Positions 31,125 through 41,993 of a stretch of 64,000 nucleotides of DNA are shown here, piece after piece. Source of the DNA: an uncultured bacterium (GTDB taxonomy: Bacteria; Babelota; Babeliae; Babelales; Vermiphilaceae); NCBI GenBank assembly GCA_963707655.1, contig OY970172.1, forward strand, positions 320,001 through 384,000. Direction: 5' to 3'. A program made the translations under genes and the position numbers. Under the pieces are notes generated by a model that had not been told where the DNA came from, searched no databases, and worked only from the letters and a program-made list of their open reading frames with translations. Each line of letters opens with the position of its first letter. Positions within the stretch are counted from its first letter, which is position 1.

Positions 31125-32237
31125 CTATAGTGTCTTTTTGTCATTGCGTACCATATTCATGATAAGGCCGATTATTATTAAATTACACATTAAGGCACTA
31201 TTGCCATAACTGATGAATGGCAAGCCAATTCCTTTTGTTGGCGCAAGGCCGGTGGCTACTGCAATGTTAATTCCCGTTTCAAGGCCTATAAGAGTAATAA
31301 AACCGGTAGTTGCAAAGAATGAGAATTGATCATTAAGATGTGCCGCTATGCGCAGCCCAAAATAGAGCAACAAGATAAATAATATAATAATGGTGCACGA
31401 GCCGACAAAACCTGTCTCTTCAGCGATTATGGAAAAAATAAAATCGGTATGTTGCATAGGCAAGTAAAAAAACTTTTGTTTTGATTGTCCAACGCCAACA
31501 CCCCAAAAACCACCCGAGCCAATAGCAATTAATGATTGAATAATCTGAAAACCGCTCCCTTGTGGATCGTTCCATGGATTCAAAAAAGAAAGAATTCTGT
31601 TCAAGCGATAAGGACGCATGATAACAAGTATGATGAGTGCCGGTAATGATGCCGCGATGGTGCCGGCCAGATAGGTAAGGGGGATGTGAGCGATAAAAAG
31701 CATAATCCCTGCTGTTACAAGCAGCGTGACCGTTAGGCCAAAATCAGGTTGTTTAAGCAGAATAAGGCTCACGATTCCCATGATCATTAAGAATGGTAGA
31801 TAGCAGTGAGTAAAAGATTTTTTTTTGAATTCTTTTTTGGTTAAGAATGAAGCCAGGTAGAGAATAAGGCCAATTTTTAATAATTCACTGGGCTGAAATG
31901 AAAATCCGGCTATGCCTAACCAGCGGCTTGAGCCGTGAATGTGATGTGACAGTCCGGGAACAAGTGTCAGCGCGGTGAGTAATAAGCTGCCTATAAAAGC
32001 GAGCGGTGTAAGCTTTTTGACCAGACGCAGCGGAAATAGGCGTGCAACGATTAATGCGGCAATGCCGAGCCCCAAGCCAATCAGCTGTTTTTTAAGAAAA
32101 TAAAATGCGCTGCTATGCTTTTCAAGCGCGAGCATTGAACTTGCTGAATAAATAAAGAGCAAGCCAATGACAATAAGCATAGTAGTGATAATAAGAAATA
32201 TGCGCAGGTCAGATGAGATTTTTTTGTTGGCGATCAT
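31125..32237 (-). CDS. ftsW: SEDS peptidoglycan polymerase FtsW
   Basis: RWL...FQPSE, QPDFG, HTDFIFSIIAEE, GLPFISYG. Confidence 0.93.
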   Translation of the reverse strand: MIANKKISSDLRIFLIITTMLIVIGLLFIYSASSMLALEKHSSAFYFLKKQLIGLGLGIAALIVARLFPLRLVKKLTPLAFIGSLLLTALTLVPGLSHHIHGSSRWLGIAGFSFQPSELLKIGLILYLASFLTKKEFKKKSFTHCYLPFLMIMGIVSLILLKQPDFGLTVTLLVTAGIMLFIAHIPLTYLAGTIAASLPALIILVIMRPYRLNRILSFLNPWNDPQGSGFQIIQSLIAIGSGGFWGVGVGQSKQKFFYLPMQHTDFIFSIIAEETGFVGSCTIIILFILLLYFGLRIAAHLNDQFSFFATTGFITLIGLETGINIAVATGLAPTKGIGLPFISYGNSALMCNLIIIGLIMNMVRNDKKTL

Positions 32238-32503
32238 GTATCACTTTTTAAGTAATAGTTTGTTTTTATTTATCCTAAAAGAGTGTTTCTCCTTTTGTCA
32301 ATCATGTGATGGCCTTTTGATATCCCCATGATCACATGCATAAAAGATGTGTACAAGATGAATGTTTGAATATAAAAAGCTCCCATTTTTTCAATGAGAA
32401 ATGGGAGCTTTTTATGCATAAATAAGGTATAATATATGAAATCTCATTGCGCATGATAATGCCGGATGCGTTATTAAAGCAGGCATCTTTTTGAGGAAGC
32501 AAT

Positions 32504-32908
32504 ATGCAAAAAAATAAAAAAAGTATTCTGAGTATATTATTTATGTCCGGGTTATTGGCACATGTCAATTCTGACGCCATGGACGGTGGGCGGCGCGCGC
32601 GAGAATTCAGTATAGCGCTGTTTAACGATTATGATGACGCGTGCATACACGTTGAGTTGGGCGACTATACTATACAAGATGGGTCTTGCGAAATAATCGG
32701 CTTGTTTCATGATAACACAAAATACTTGAACCTGATCGGGCAAAGCGGAAGTCGGCAGAGAATAGGTTTGCGTGCAGCGGAGCGTCACGCAGGATTGAAG
32801 AATAAAGTGTTTCCGGTTGACGCAACCATGATTTTTGCCCTGAGTGAGCAAGAAATTATCATGGTAGCTACCACCGATATGTCAGCAGTAATTTATCGCA
32901 TCGAATAA
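32504..32908 (+). CDS. Secreted hypothetical protein
   Basis: RBS gagga, signal ending SDA-MD. Confidence 0.65.
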   Translation: MQKNKKSILSILFMSGLLAHVNSDAMDGGRRAREFSIALFNDYDDACIHVELGDYTIQDGSCEIIGLFHDNTKYLNLIGQSGSRQRIGLRAAERHAGLKNKVFPVDATMIFALSEQEIIMVATTDMSAVIYRIE

Positions 32909-32926
32909 CTTAGATAAGAAATTTTT

Positions 32927-33325
32927 ATGAAAAATAAAGTAACTGTTGTAATAACCATGTTATTGAGCGGTGGAATGGCGCATGCAATGGATGTGGCGTC
33001 AAAAAACGCACTTGCCGGCATGGTAACCATAACGATAAAAAACAGCTCTGTGTACAATATGCAGATTGATGACATGATTCGTGAACCACATATTATCAAG
33101 CCAGGCAAACAGGAAAGTGTGGTTTTGATGCAAAAGAAAAAAAGTTTTGCACTATCTCAGTTCACCGACCAAGAGACAACGCGAGGAATATTTAAAGTTA
33201 TATTCCCTAAGAAAGCTCTCGATGAGAGAAACTTTACTGTGGCAGCTGAAATCCTTCTGGATATGCAGCCAAAATCATCTATCTCCAATCTATCAGAGAA
33301 CGTGCGCGTTGTTCGAAAGAAATAG
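32927..33325 (+). CDS. Secreted hypothetical protein
   Basis: Signal ending AHA-MD. Confidence 0.65.
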   Translation: MKNKVTVVITMLLSGGMAHAMDVASKNALAGMVTITIKNSSVYNMQIDDMIREPHIIKPGKQESVVLMQKKKSFALSQFTDQETTRGIFKVIFPKKALDERNFTVAAEILLDMQPKSSISNLSENVRVVRKK

Positions 33326-33360
33326 AAATATACCGATAAAAATACGCTATAGTTGTTGTG

Positions 33361-34719
33361 CTATAAAGTATTTTTGCTCATTCGAGCAATCAATTCTTTA
33401 AACCGCGTCCCTCGCTCTTCGTAATTTTTAAATAAATCATAGCTGGCACCCGCAGGTGAAAATAGCACTACATCTCCTGATTGTGCTGTTTTTACACATT
33501 GCTCAACGGCAGCCTCAAGGGTTTCAAAGGGGCTGCTCTTAATGCCGTTTTCTTGTGCCACGTGATGCAGCATTTCTGCCTCTTTGCCAAAGCAATAGAG
33601 CAACTTTACCTTGCCTGCTAGCTCTTCAATAAAGGGTGAGCGGTCAACTCCTTTGCTTATGCCGCCAACAAAAAGGATAACCGGTTTATCAGTAAAATTA
33701 TTCAGTGCTGCCAGGGTTGCAGCAGGAACGGTAGATTTTGAATCATTATAAAAGCTGACTCCATTGACGGCCGCAAGTGGTTCAAGGCGGTGTTCAGGCA
33801 TGTTTAATGTTTTGTTGCGTGTAATGAGATCTGTGATGGGCAGTTTAAGAGCATGCAGCGCGGCAACGATGATGAGCCAGTTTGCAGTAAATGATACGTT
33901 GGGCAGTACATCACAATGGCATAATATGGTGAGCGTTTCATGTTTTTTAAAAACAATTTCATTGTTTTCAATATAATAGAGGCCATCTTCACTCAATAAA
34001 TCGTCATACTCATGTGGCGGTGTAACGCTGAAAAAGAGTAATGGTCGCTTGGGTACAATAGCGCGGATACGGGGCAGTAACTCAAGAGGCACCAGGGCAA
34101 GATCACTGGCTTTTTGGCGCACTAAAATTTGTGCCTTTGCTTTAAAATATTCTTCACTCGTCCCGTGCCTATCAAGATGGTTGAGGTGAAAATTGGTCCA
34201 TAATGCCAGGCTTGGAGCAAATGCTGCGCACTGTTCAAGCTGAAAGCTAGAAACTTCAAGCAGGGCGCAGTCGGCGTTATTGCGCTCTTGCAGTAAATCA
34301 AGCATGCCAATGCCAATATTGCCGCCGGTTGCTACGCGCATTGGTTCTGATAAAAGTTGTGAAAGAAGGTGGGTGACAGTGGTTTTACCTATCGAGCCGG
34401 TGATGGCGATGATTGGTTTTTGCCAAAAGCTGGCGAAAATATCAAGCTCAGTAATAAATTTTTGCTGATACTTCTCATGCGGTCGCAGATCAATTCCCGG
34501 GCTTGCCAAACAATAGTCATGTTCGGCAAGGAATGCCTCAACATTATCTTGAGCATACTGCAAGGCATCGTGTTGATTGAGAAACTCTATTTCTTGAAGA
34601 GAAAGTTCTCTGTTGTCCATCACATCAACAGCGATCCCCCGGTGATAAAAAAAACGCACTGCCGCTTTTCCTGCCACCCCAAGGCCCCAGACGCCGATTT
34701 TTTTTGAGATAAATTCCAT
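33361..34719 (-). CDS. murD: UDP-MurNAc-L-Ala--D-Glu ligase
   Basis: GLGVAG, SPGI, ITGSIGKTT, EVSSFQL, NDSKST, LFSPAGASYD. Confidence 0.96.
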   Translation of the reverse strand: MEFISKKIGVWGLGVAGKAAVRFFYHRGIAVDVMDNRELSLQEIEFLNQHDALQYAQDNVEAFLAEHDYCLASPGIDLRPHEKYQQKFITELDIFASFWQKPIIAITGSIGKTTVTHLLSQLLSEPMRVATGGNIGIGMLDLLQERNNADCALLEVSSFQLEQCAAFAPSLALWTNFHLNHLDRHGTSEEYFKAKAQILVRQKASDLALVPLELLPRIRAIVPKRPLLFFSVTPPHEYDDLLSEDGLYYIENNEIVFKKHETLTILCHCDVLPNVSFTANWLIIVAALHALKLPITDLITRNKTLNMPEHRLEPLAAVNGVSFYNDSKSTVPAATLAALNNFTDKPVILFVGGISKGVDRSPFIEELAGKVKLLYCFGKEAEMLHHVAQENGIKSSPFETLEAAVEQCVKTAQSGDVVLFSPAGASYDLFKNYEERGTRFKELIARMSKNTL

Positions 34720-34813
34720 AATTTTTATTGCACCTACCTGTTTTTTTGTTGTTTGGAATAGTATACTGAAACTGTTTAAAAAAATAGATAAAAAAAGTAT
34801 AGGATTCTTTTCC

Positions 34814-37762
34814 ATGGCAAATCATGAAGAAAATGTACCCAAAGTAAGCTTTAAAGATACGCTCAATTTACCACACACCGATTTTCCTATTCGAGCTACT
34901 CCCGCTATTGATGATCCGGCAATGCTTAAACGCTGGGAAGAAGAAAAGCTATCTGAAAAAACTTTTACCCATAATGAAGGTAAAGAAAAATTTATTTTGC
35001 ATGACGGACCTCCCTACGCGAATGGTAATATTCATATCGGCCATGCGTATAATAAAATTTTAAAAGATATTGTGTGCAAGGCGGAGCGCATGAGCGGCAA
35101 GCACGTGCCGGTAACACCGGGATGGGATTGCCATGGCTTGCCTATTGAATTTAAAGTATCTGCAGCCAATCCCGATGCGAACCCAACAGAGCTAAAAAAG
35201 AAATGCCGCGAGTACGCGCAAAGCTGGATTGATATACAGCGCGAAGAATTTAAAAAATTGGGCGTTTGCATGGATTGGGATCACCCTTACCTGACGATGA
35301 ATCACGAATATGAGGGATCAATCGTAGAGGCCTTTGGCAGATTTGTTGCGGGTGGCTATATTGAACGCAAAAATAAAACAGTGCCGTGGTGCGCATCATG
35401 CAAAACAGTATTGGCTACCGCAGAGATTGAATATCAAGAGCGCAAGGACCCGTCTCTGTATGTTGCATTTCCTCTTGAGCAGCGGGTGACTGATGCATTG
35501 ATTCCGGCGCTGCGGGGTAAACAAGTGAATGTTGTCGTCTGGACAACCACACCATGGACATTGCCATTGAATCGCGCTGTCCTTATACGACCAACTGCTC
35601 AGTACAGTGTCTTGGCCCTGTCTGCAAACACGTACGGCATCGTAGGATCGAAACTCGCCGATAAGTTCTGTGCGCTTCTGGGCATTGAGAAAAAAGTTAT
35701 AGCTGAACTTACCGCTGATCAATTTATTAAAGAAAAAGCAAAAGTTCATCACCCGTTTATTGATGTCCTTGTTCCCGTTATTCCCTCTGACACTGTTTTA
35801 GAAGATGACGGTACCGCTTTTGTGCATTGTGCCCCCGGATGCGGGCCCGAAGACTATGAGACCGGCATTAAGCATAATCTTGAAATTTTTTCTCCTATCA
35901 CGGTTGATGGTAAATACACCGCAGAAGTGATTCCTGCAGATTTGCAGGGAATGTCTGTGGCAGATGGGCAGATTTGGGTTATCAAAACATTGGCTGCGTC
36001 AGATAAATTACTATTTAAAACAAGCATTAAACACTCTTATCCGCACTGTTGGCGCTGCCACAATGGCCTTATTTTCCGTGCAACCAAACAATGGTTCTGC
36101 GATTTGTCAAAGAACGATTTAAAAAATAAAACATTGCACGCGATCGATACCATTACCAACTATCCGGAAAAATCAAAAAATAGGCTGAAGGCAACGGTGG
36201 AAGGGCGTCTGGAATGGTGTTTGTCGCGCCAGCGTATTTGGGGAGTACCAATTCCGGCGTTACTGTGTGCTTCATGCGATTGTACCTATACCAATCAACA
36301 ATTTATCGCTCATGTTGCGAAGCAGATTAAAAAAGAGGGAGTCGAATATTGGGATCGCGCCACATTAGAAGATCTTTTTGGCAATGATCGTTTGCGCTGT
36401 CCGCGCTGCTCGCAAGAGAATTGGATCAAAGAAAAAGATATTCTTGATGTATGGTTCGATTCGGGCATTAGCCATTTTGCGGTGCTTGAGAAAAATCCGG
36501 CGCTCCGTTTCCCTGCCGATATTTATTTAGAAGGCAAAGATCAGCATCGTGGCTGGTTCCAGAGTTCATTGCTCACCGGTATGGTGCTTGAAGATACAGC
36601 CCCCATGAAAGCAATTCTTACCCATGGCTTCACGGTGGATCAACAGGGAAGAAAAATGTCAAAATCATTGGGCAATGTCGTGTCGCCCGAACAAATGATT
36701 AAAGATTTGGGGACCGATGGGTTGCGTCTGTGGGCCGCGAGTATCGATTATGCAGATGATGCAGTTGTATCGCCCGTGCTCCTTGCTAATGTAAAAGAAG
36801 TGCTTCGTAAAATACGCAACACCTGCCGCTTCTTGCTTTCCAATCTGTATGATTATCATCATGAAAAAGACGCGTTGGCCTATAATGATCTCCTGCCAAT
36901 CGATCGACTCGCGATTGAGGAATTGCACCGCTTTAATGAAAAGATGGTGGCATTATATGAAAAATATGATTTCACCGCTCTATTTCATGGTCTTGCTGAT
37001 TATTGCTCAAGCACATTGAGTTCATTTTATCTTGATATTATTAAAGATCGTTTATACGTAGAGCAAAACAATGGTGTGTTGCGCCGTTCTGCGCAAACAA
37101 GCTGCTGGTATATTCTTGATACTTTGACTCGACTAGTTGCGCCAATTTTATCTTTTAATGCTGAACAAATTTCTGATTTTTATCAAAAAGGTAAAAAACA
37201 GTCTATTCATCTGCAATCATTTGCGTATATCCCCTCATTAATTGAGTTGTTGGCTCACAGCAATATGCTTGCAACCCCCCCTAGCCGACCACGCGGGTCA
37301 GAGATCGAGCGGGCAAAGACGCGCTTGGCAATTGATACTATTGCCCTGCAAGAGCAGTTGGTGATGTTTGATATGCAGTGGGATACGCTCAAAGCAATGC
37401 GCTCAGCAGTATTAAAAGCCATAGAGCAGCTGCGCGAGAAGGGAATTATTAAGCATTCATTAGAGGCGAAAGTAACCCTTTATTTTGATGCGGCTGCGCC
37501 ATGGAACGACGCGCTACGAGAATTCATTAATGCATTAAAGCGCACGGCGCAAACAGAGATGACCTTCTTTAAAGAATTTCTCATTGTTTCGCAGGTAACT
37601 TTTGCACAAGATCATCAAACATTACAGTCAACCGATGTTGCCGGTTTTTTTGTTGGTGTTGAAGTTGCGCAGGGTAATAAATGCCCGCGCTGCTGGAATT
37701 GGGATCAGACAAATGATGTTGATCATCTGTGCAATCGGTGTATGAAATTGATAAGAAAATAG
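34814..37762 (+). CDS. ileS: Isoleucyl-tRNA synthetase
   Basis: DGPPYANGNIHIGH, WTTTPWTLP, KMSKS, C-terminal CPRCW zinc site. Confidence 0.98.
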   Translation: MANHEENVPKVSFKDTLNLPHTDFPIRATPAIDDPAMLKRWEEEKLSEKTFTHNEGKEKFILHDGPPYANGNIHIGHAYNKILKDIVCKAERMSGKHVPVTPGWDCHGLPIEFKVSAANPDANPTELKKKCREYAQSWIDIQREEFKKLGVCMDWDHPYLTMNHEYEGSIVEAFGRFVAGGYIERKNKTVPWCASCKTVLATAEIEYQERKDPSLYVAFPLEQRVTDALIPALRGKQVNVVVWTTTPWTLPLNRAVLIRPTAQYSVLALSANTYGIVGSKLADKFCALLGIEKKVIAELTADQFIKEKAKVHHPFIDVLVPVIPSDTVLEDDGTAFVHCAPGCGPEDYETGIKHNLEIFSPITVDGKYTAEVIPADLQGMSVADGQIWVIKTLAASDKLLFKTSIKHSYPHCWRCHNGLIFRATKQWFCDLSKNDLKNKTLHAIDTITNYPEKSKNRLKATVEGRLEWCLSRQRIWGVPIPALLCASCDCTYTNQQFIAHVAKQIKKEGVEYWDRATLEDLFGNDRLRCPRCSQENWIKEKDILDVWFDSGISHFAVLEKNPALRFPADIYLEGKDQHRGWFQSSLLTGMVLEDTAPMKAILTHGFTVDQQGRKMSKSLGNVVSPEQMIKDLGTDGLRLWAASIDYADDAVVSPVLLANVKEVLRKIRNTCRFLLSNLYDYHHEKDALAYNDLLPIDRLAIEELHRFNEKMVALYEKYDFTALFHGLADYCSSTLSSFYLDIIKDRLYVEQNNGVLRRSAQTSCWYILDTLTRLVAPILSFNAEQISDFYQKGKKQSIHLQSFAYIPSLIELLAHSNMLATPPSRPRGSEIERAKTRLAIDTIALQEQLVMFDMQWDTLKAMRSAVLKAIEQLREKGIIKHSLEAKVTLYFDAAAPWNDALREFINALKRTAQTEMTFFKEFLIVSQVTFAQDHQTLQSTDVAGFFVGVEVAQGNKCPRCWNWDQTNDVDHLCNRCMKLIRK

Positions 37763-37792
37763 TTTTCGTTTATAAAATGGAAAGATCTTCTC

Positions 37793-38383
37793 ATGGATTA
37801 TAAATTTTATGGCATGGCGTTGTTGTTTTTATCATGTGGCGCTACGCAGGCAATGGACAATCATCGTCCTCCGATGCAGCCGACAATTAATCTGCCGCTT
37901 GCTTGTGCGGGGCACATACAACCATGCGTGAAGGGATGGAAGTCCCTTTCTGATAAAGAACCAGAAAATTCTTTAGTTCTCGATAGTTTAGGGCGTGGCT
38001 CGTCTACATGGCATGATCGGGACGATGAAACAGTCTACTCTTCGCGTCAAACCATTAAAAATTGTTCAGATTCATATGTTATAAACTATACAAAAGATGG
38101 ACAGGACAATGAATTGAAAATTGGAGATAAACCAACATATTTAGCCCTGAATGCAAATAAAACAATATTGTTGGTTGAAGGCATTGAACTGGCAGTTGAG
38201 TCTGGGGACTGGTGCGATCTTGTTGCTGTGGTTTTAGCAACAAACAAACTATACAAACTTGATGAATATAACGGATCATGTGCCAGTTTTAAACATGCAA
38301 TTGGATTCGATGGAAACAAAGCAGTGGCACATTATAATTTTACCCGTCAGGAATGGGATCTTACTTCTCTCTTGCCGGAATAA
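37793..38383 (+). CDS. Secreted hypothetical protein
   Basis: Signal ending TQA-MD. Confidence 0.65.
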   Translation: MDYKFYGMALLFLSCGATQAMDNHRPPMQPTINLPLACAGHIQPCVKGWKSLSDKEPENSLVLDSLGRGSSTWHDRDDETVYSSRQTIKNCSDSYVINYTKDGQDNELKIGDKPTYLALNANKTILLVEGIELAVESGDWCDLVAVVLATNKLYKLDEYNGSCASFKHAIGFDGNKAVAHYNFTRQEWDLTSLLPE

Positions 38384-38546
38384 GATTTGATACATCCCAC
38401 CCAAACAAAATCAATCTAAAGAGAGCCCCTGTTGCAAAAAATGGGGGCTCTTTCTTTGTTCATTACGATCTCTATGCATGATCACTTCATAGCATATTTG
38501 AGTTGTTTTATATATTCAATGTGAAATTATGCAAGTCCATGGCTTT

Positions 38547-38575
38547 TTGACTGTTTTCATATATTTTTATAAAAT
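38547..38575 (+). promoter_or_regulatory. sigma70-type promoter of the zinc-finger array
   Basis: TTGACT-N17-TAAAAT ~70 bp upstream of 38647. Confidence 0.55.
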
Positions 38576-38646
38576 ATTATTTGTTAGTAATTTTGCTCAG
38601 ATAAAGAATAACTAGAGCCAGAAAATAGAATTGCAAGGACCTTAAG

Positions 38647-39804
38647 ATGAAAAAGACATTATTCGTCATCCTATCGCTGGCTTGCCACAGTTGCTGGGCG
38701 ATGGTCGCAGTTGAAGACGCCCCATTCGGTCAGTTGGCTCTGTTTGACCATGGATTTCAACCGGGTACACCGCTGCCACCCGTTGGAGAAGGGGATGAAC
38801 TTGCACAATGGGCGATGCGGGAGGCAGTTTCTACGCCTGATGCAGCAAACAGCATCGATGCAGTATTGTCTGCAGAGCAAAAGAAAGAAGTCTCTGCTCT
38901 TCATGCAGCATCTTTGGTTACGGTAAAAAAAGGAATGAAAAAGAGAAAAATAGCGAGAAGCGCGCTGTGGTGCGAGGAATGCAGATGTCGGGCAGTAAAT
39001 CTGAAGAACTTTGATCTGCACAAGCAAAGCAAGGGCCATTTAGAAAAAACAGGGCAGCCGTTACCACATTGGTCAGTATACAATTTCACCTGCGCACCAT
39101 GTGAATACGGGTCGTTTCGTAAGCAGGACTTGAATGCGCACATGCTCAGCAATTCTCACCTAATACAAACAGGACAATCGTTGCCGGATTGGCAAGTACA
39201 TAAATACAGATGTAAAACATGTAAATATGGAACGAGCAAAAGAACAGCCATGGATATCCACCTGCTCAGCAAGAGCCATTCAGAAAAAACGGGACAATCG
39301 TTATTAGATTGGTCAACATATGATTTTGCCTGCGAACCATGTGAATATGGAACTTGGAAAAAAGATCACTTCGATCTGCACATGCTCAGCAAGAGCCATT
39401 TAAAAAAAGTGGGACAATTGTTATCAGATTGGCAGGCATGTAAATACAAATGCGAAATATGTGAATATGGCATCGCTCAAAAAGTAAAATTTAATGAACA
39501 CATGCTAAGCAAAGGCCATTTAGAGAAAATAGGGCAATCGTTGGCGTGGGATGCATATCAATATAAATGTGCACCATGTGAATATGGAACCCCGCTGAAA
39601 AGAAGCTTGAATGCACATATGCTCAGTAAGGACCATTTAGAAAAAACAGGACAATCGTTACCAGCTTGGTCAGAATATGATTTTACCTGTGCACTGTGTA
39701 AATATGGAACTCCGCATAAAAGTAACTTAGATAGGCATATGCGAAATAGTAGGCATAAGAAAGCTTATTTGAAATCAATTGAAGTCCTGATTAGGAAAGA
39801 ATAG
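38647..39804 (+). CDS. Secreted tandem zinc-finger protein, paralog 1 (7 fingers)
   Basis: Signal peptide, KKGMKKRK, 7x CX2CX12HX5H. Confidence 0.92.
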   Translation: MKKTLFVILSLACHSCWAMVAVEDAPFGQLALFDHGFQPGTPLPPVGEGDELAQWAMREAVSTPDAANSIDAVLSAEQKKEVSALHAASLVTVKKGMKKRKIARSALWCEECRCRAVNLKNFDLHKQSKGHLEKTGQPLPHWSVYNFTCAPCEYGSFRKQDLNAHMLSNSHLIQTGQSLPDWQVHKYRCKTCKYGTSKRTAMDIHLLSKSHSEKTGQSLLDWSTYDFACEPCEYGTWKKDHFDLHMLSKSHLKKVGQLLSDWQACKYKCEICEYGIAQKVKFNEHMLSKGHLEKIGQSLAWDAYQYKCAPCEYGTPLKRSLNAHMLSKDHLEKTGQSLPAWSEYDFTCALCKYGTPHKSNLDRHMRNSRHKKAYLKSIEVLIRKE

Positions 39805-39841
39805 TTGAGGCCGCAATAGTAATCGCAAGGAAAATAATAAG

Positions 39842-40852
39842 ATGAAAAAGATATTACTCGTTATTCTATTGCTGGCTTGCCCCAGCTGCTGGGCGATGGT
39901 TGACGTTGAATACGCTCCATTCAGTCAGTTGGCTCTGTTTGACTATGGATTTCAACCAGACGCGGCGTTACTAATGGAAGAAGAGGGGAATGAGGACGAA
40001 CTTGCTCAATGGGCAATGCGGGAGGCAGTTTCTGCCCCCGATGCGACGAACAGCAATGATGCAGTATTGTCTACAGAACAAAAGAAGGCAGTCGCCGCTC
40101 TTCATGCGGCATCTTTGGTTACCGTAAAAAAAGGCATGAAACAGAGAAAAATAGCGAGAAGCAAGCTGTGGTGTAAGGAATGTAAATATCGGGCAGAGAG
40201 GCCGGTTGATTTTGATCGGCACAAGCAAAGCAAGGGCCATTTGGAAAAAATAGGACAGCCGTTGCCACATTGGTCAATATATGAATTTACCTGCGCGCCA
40301 TGTGAATATGGGGTCGTACGTAAAAAGGATTTGAATACACACATGCGAAGCAAAGGGCATTTAGAAAAAACGGGACAATCATTGCCAGATTGGCAGGCAT
40401 ATGAATTTACGTGCGCACCATGTGAATATGGAGCTTTGCAAAAAGCAACCTTGAATCTGCACATGCGGAGCAAGGGTCATTTAGAAAAAACAGGACAATC
40501 GTTGCCAGCTTGGCAAGCATATGAATTTACTTGCGTACCATGTGAATATGGGGGCGTGCGTAAGGAGGATTTGAATGCGCACATGCAAAGCAATTCCCAC
40601 CTAATAAAAACAGGACAATCGCTACCAGATTGGCAAGCATATGATTTCACCTGTGCCACATGTAAATATGGAGCCTTGAAAAAAACAACCTTGAATGACC
40701 ACATGCAAAGCAAAAGCCATTTAGAGAAAATAGGGCAATCGTTGGCGTGGGATGCATATAAATACAGATGTGAAACATGTAAACATGGCTTCTTGCAAAA
40801 AGGGCATTTTGATAGACATATGCGCAGTAAGAATCATAAAAAGCTTATTTGA
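39842..40852 (+). CDS. Secreted tandem zinc-finger protein, paralog 2 (6 fingers, tail frameshifted)
   Basis: Same architecture, 6 fingers. Confidence 0.92.
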   Translation: MKKILLVILLLACPSCWAMVDVEYAPFSQLALFDYGFQPDAALLMEEEGNEDELAQWAMREAVSAPDATNSNDAVLSTEQKKAVAALHAASLVTVKKGMKQRKIARSKLWCKECKYRAERPVDFDRHKQSKGHLEKIGQPLPHWSIYEFTCAPCEYGVVRKKDLNTHMRSKGHLEKTGQSLPDWQAYEFTCAPCEYGALQKATLNLHMRSKGHLEKTGQSLPAWQAYEFTCVPCEYGGVRKEDLNAHMQSNSHLIKTGQSLPDWQAYDFTCATCKYGALKKTTLNDHMQSKSHLEKIGQSLAWDAYKYRCETCKHGFLQKGHFDRHMRSKNHKKLI

Positions 40853-40920
40853 AAGCATTGAAATCCTGACTAGGAAAGAATAGCTAAGGCCGCAATAGTA
40901 ATCGCAAGGAAAATAATAAA

Positions 40921-41967
40921 ATGAAAAAGACATTATTCGTTATCCTATTGCAGGCTTGGCCCAGCTGCTGGGCTATGGTTGACGTTGAAGACGCTCCATT
41001 CAGTCAGTTGGCTCTGTTTGACCATGGATTTCAACCAGACGCGGCGTTACTAATGGAAGAAGAGGGGCATGAGGACGAACTTGCTCAATGGGCAATGCGG
41101 GAGGCAGTTTCTACACCCGATGCGGCGAACAGCAATGATGCATTACTGCCTACAGAACAAAAGGAGGCAGTCGCCGCTCTTCATGCGGCATCTTTGGTTA
41201 CCGTAAAAAAAGGCATGAAAAAGAGAAAAATAGCGAGGAGCGAGCTCTGGTGTAAGGAATGCAAACATCGGGCAGTAAATCTGTATAACTTCGATCTGCA
41301 CAAGCAAAGCAAGGGCCATTTAGAAAAAACAGGACAACCATTACTCCATTGGTCAGCATACAATTTTACCTGCGCGCCATGTGAATATGGGGCGCTTCGT
41401 GATAAGGACTTGAATGTGCACATGCTAAGCCGTTCTCACCTAATAAAAACAGGACAATCGTTACCAGATTGGCAAGCATATAAATACAGATGTGAAACAT
41501 GTAAATATGGAGCTTGCAAAAAAACAACCTTCGATGTGCACGTGCACAGCAGGAGCCATTTAGAAAAAACAGGACAATCGCTGCCAGATTGGCAAGCATA
41601 TGAATTTACGTGTGCACCATGTGAATATGGAAGCCCGCAAAAAAGTAACTTGAATTTGCACATGCAAAGCAAAGGTCATTTAGAGAAAATAGGGCAATCG
41701 TTATCAGATTGGCAAGCATATGAATTTACTTGCGAACCATGTGAATATGGGGCCGTGCGTAAGGACGATTTGAATGCACACATGCACAGCAGGAGCCATT
41801 TAGAAAAAACAGGACAATCGTTACCAGATTGGTCAGCATACAATTTCACCTGTGCACTATGTGAATATGGAACCCCGTATGAAAATGACTTAGATAGACA
41901 TATGCGCAGTAAGAAGCATGAGAAAGCTTATTTGCAATCAATTGAAGTCCTGACTAGGAAAGAATAA
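40921..41967 (+). CDS. Secreted tandem zinc-finger protein, paralog 3 (6 fingers)
   Basis: Same architecture, 6 fingers. Confidence 0.92.
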   Translation: MKKTLFVILLQAWPSCWAMVDVEDAPFSQLALFDHGFQPDAALLMEEEGHEDELAQWAMREAVSTPDAANSNDALLPTEQKEAVAALHAASLVTVKKGMKKRKIARSELWCKECKHRAVNLYNFDLHKQSKGHLEKTGQPLLHWSAYNFTCAPCEYGALRDKDLNVHMLSRSHLIKTGQSLPDWQAYKYRCETCKYGACKKTTFDVHVHSRSHLEKTGQSLPDWQAYEFTCAPCEYGSPQKSNLNLHMQSKGHLEKIGQSLSDWQAYEFTCEPCEYGAVRKDDLNAHMHSRSHLEKTGQSLPDWSAYNFTCALCEYGTPYENDLDRHMRSKKHEKAYLQSIEVLTRKE

Positions 41968-41993
41968 ATAGTAATTACAAGGAAAATGATAAG

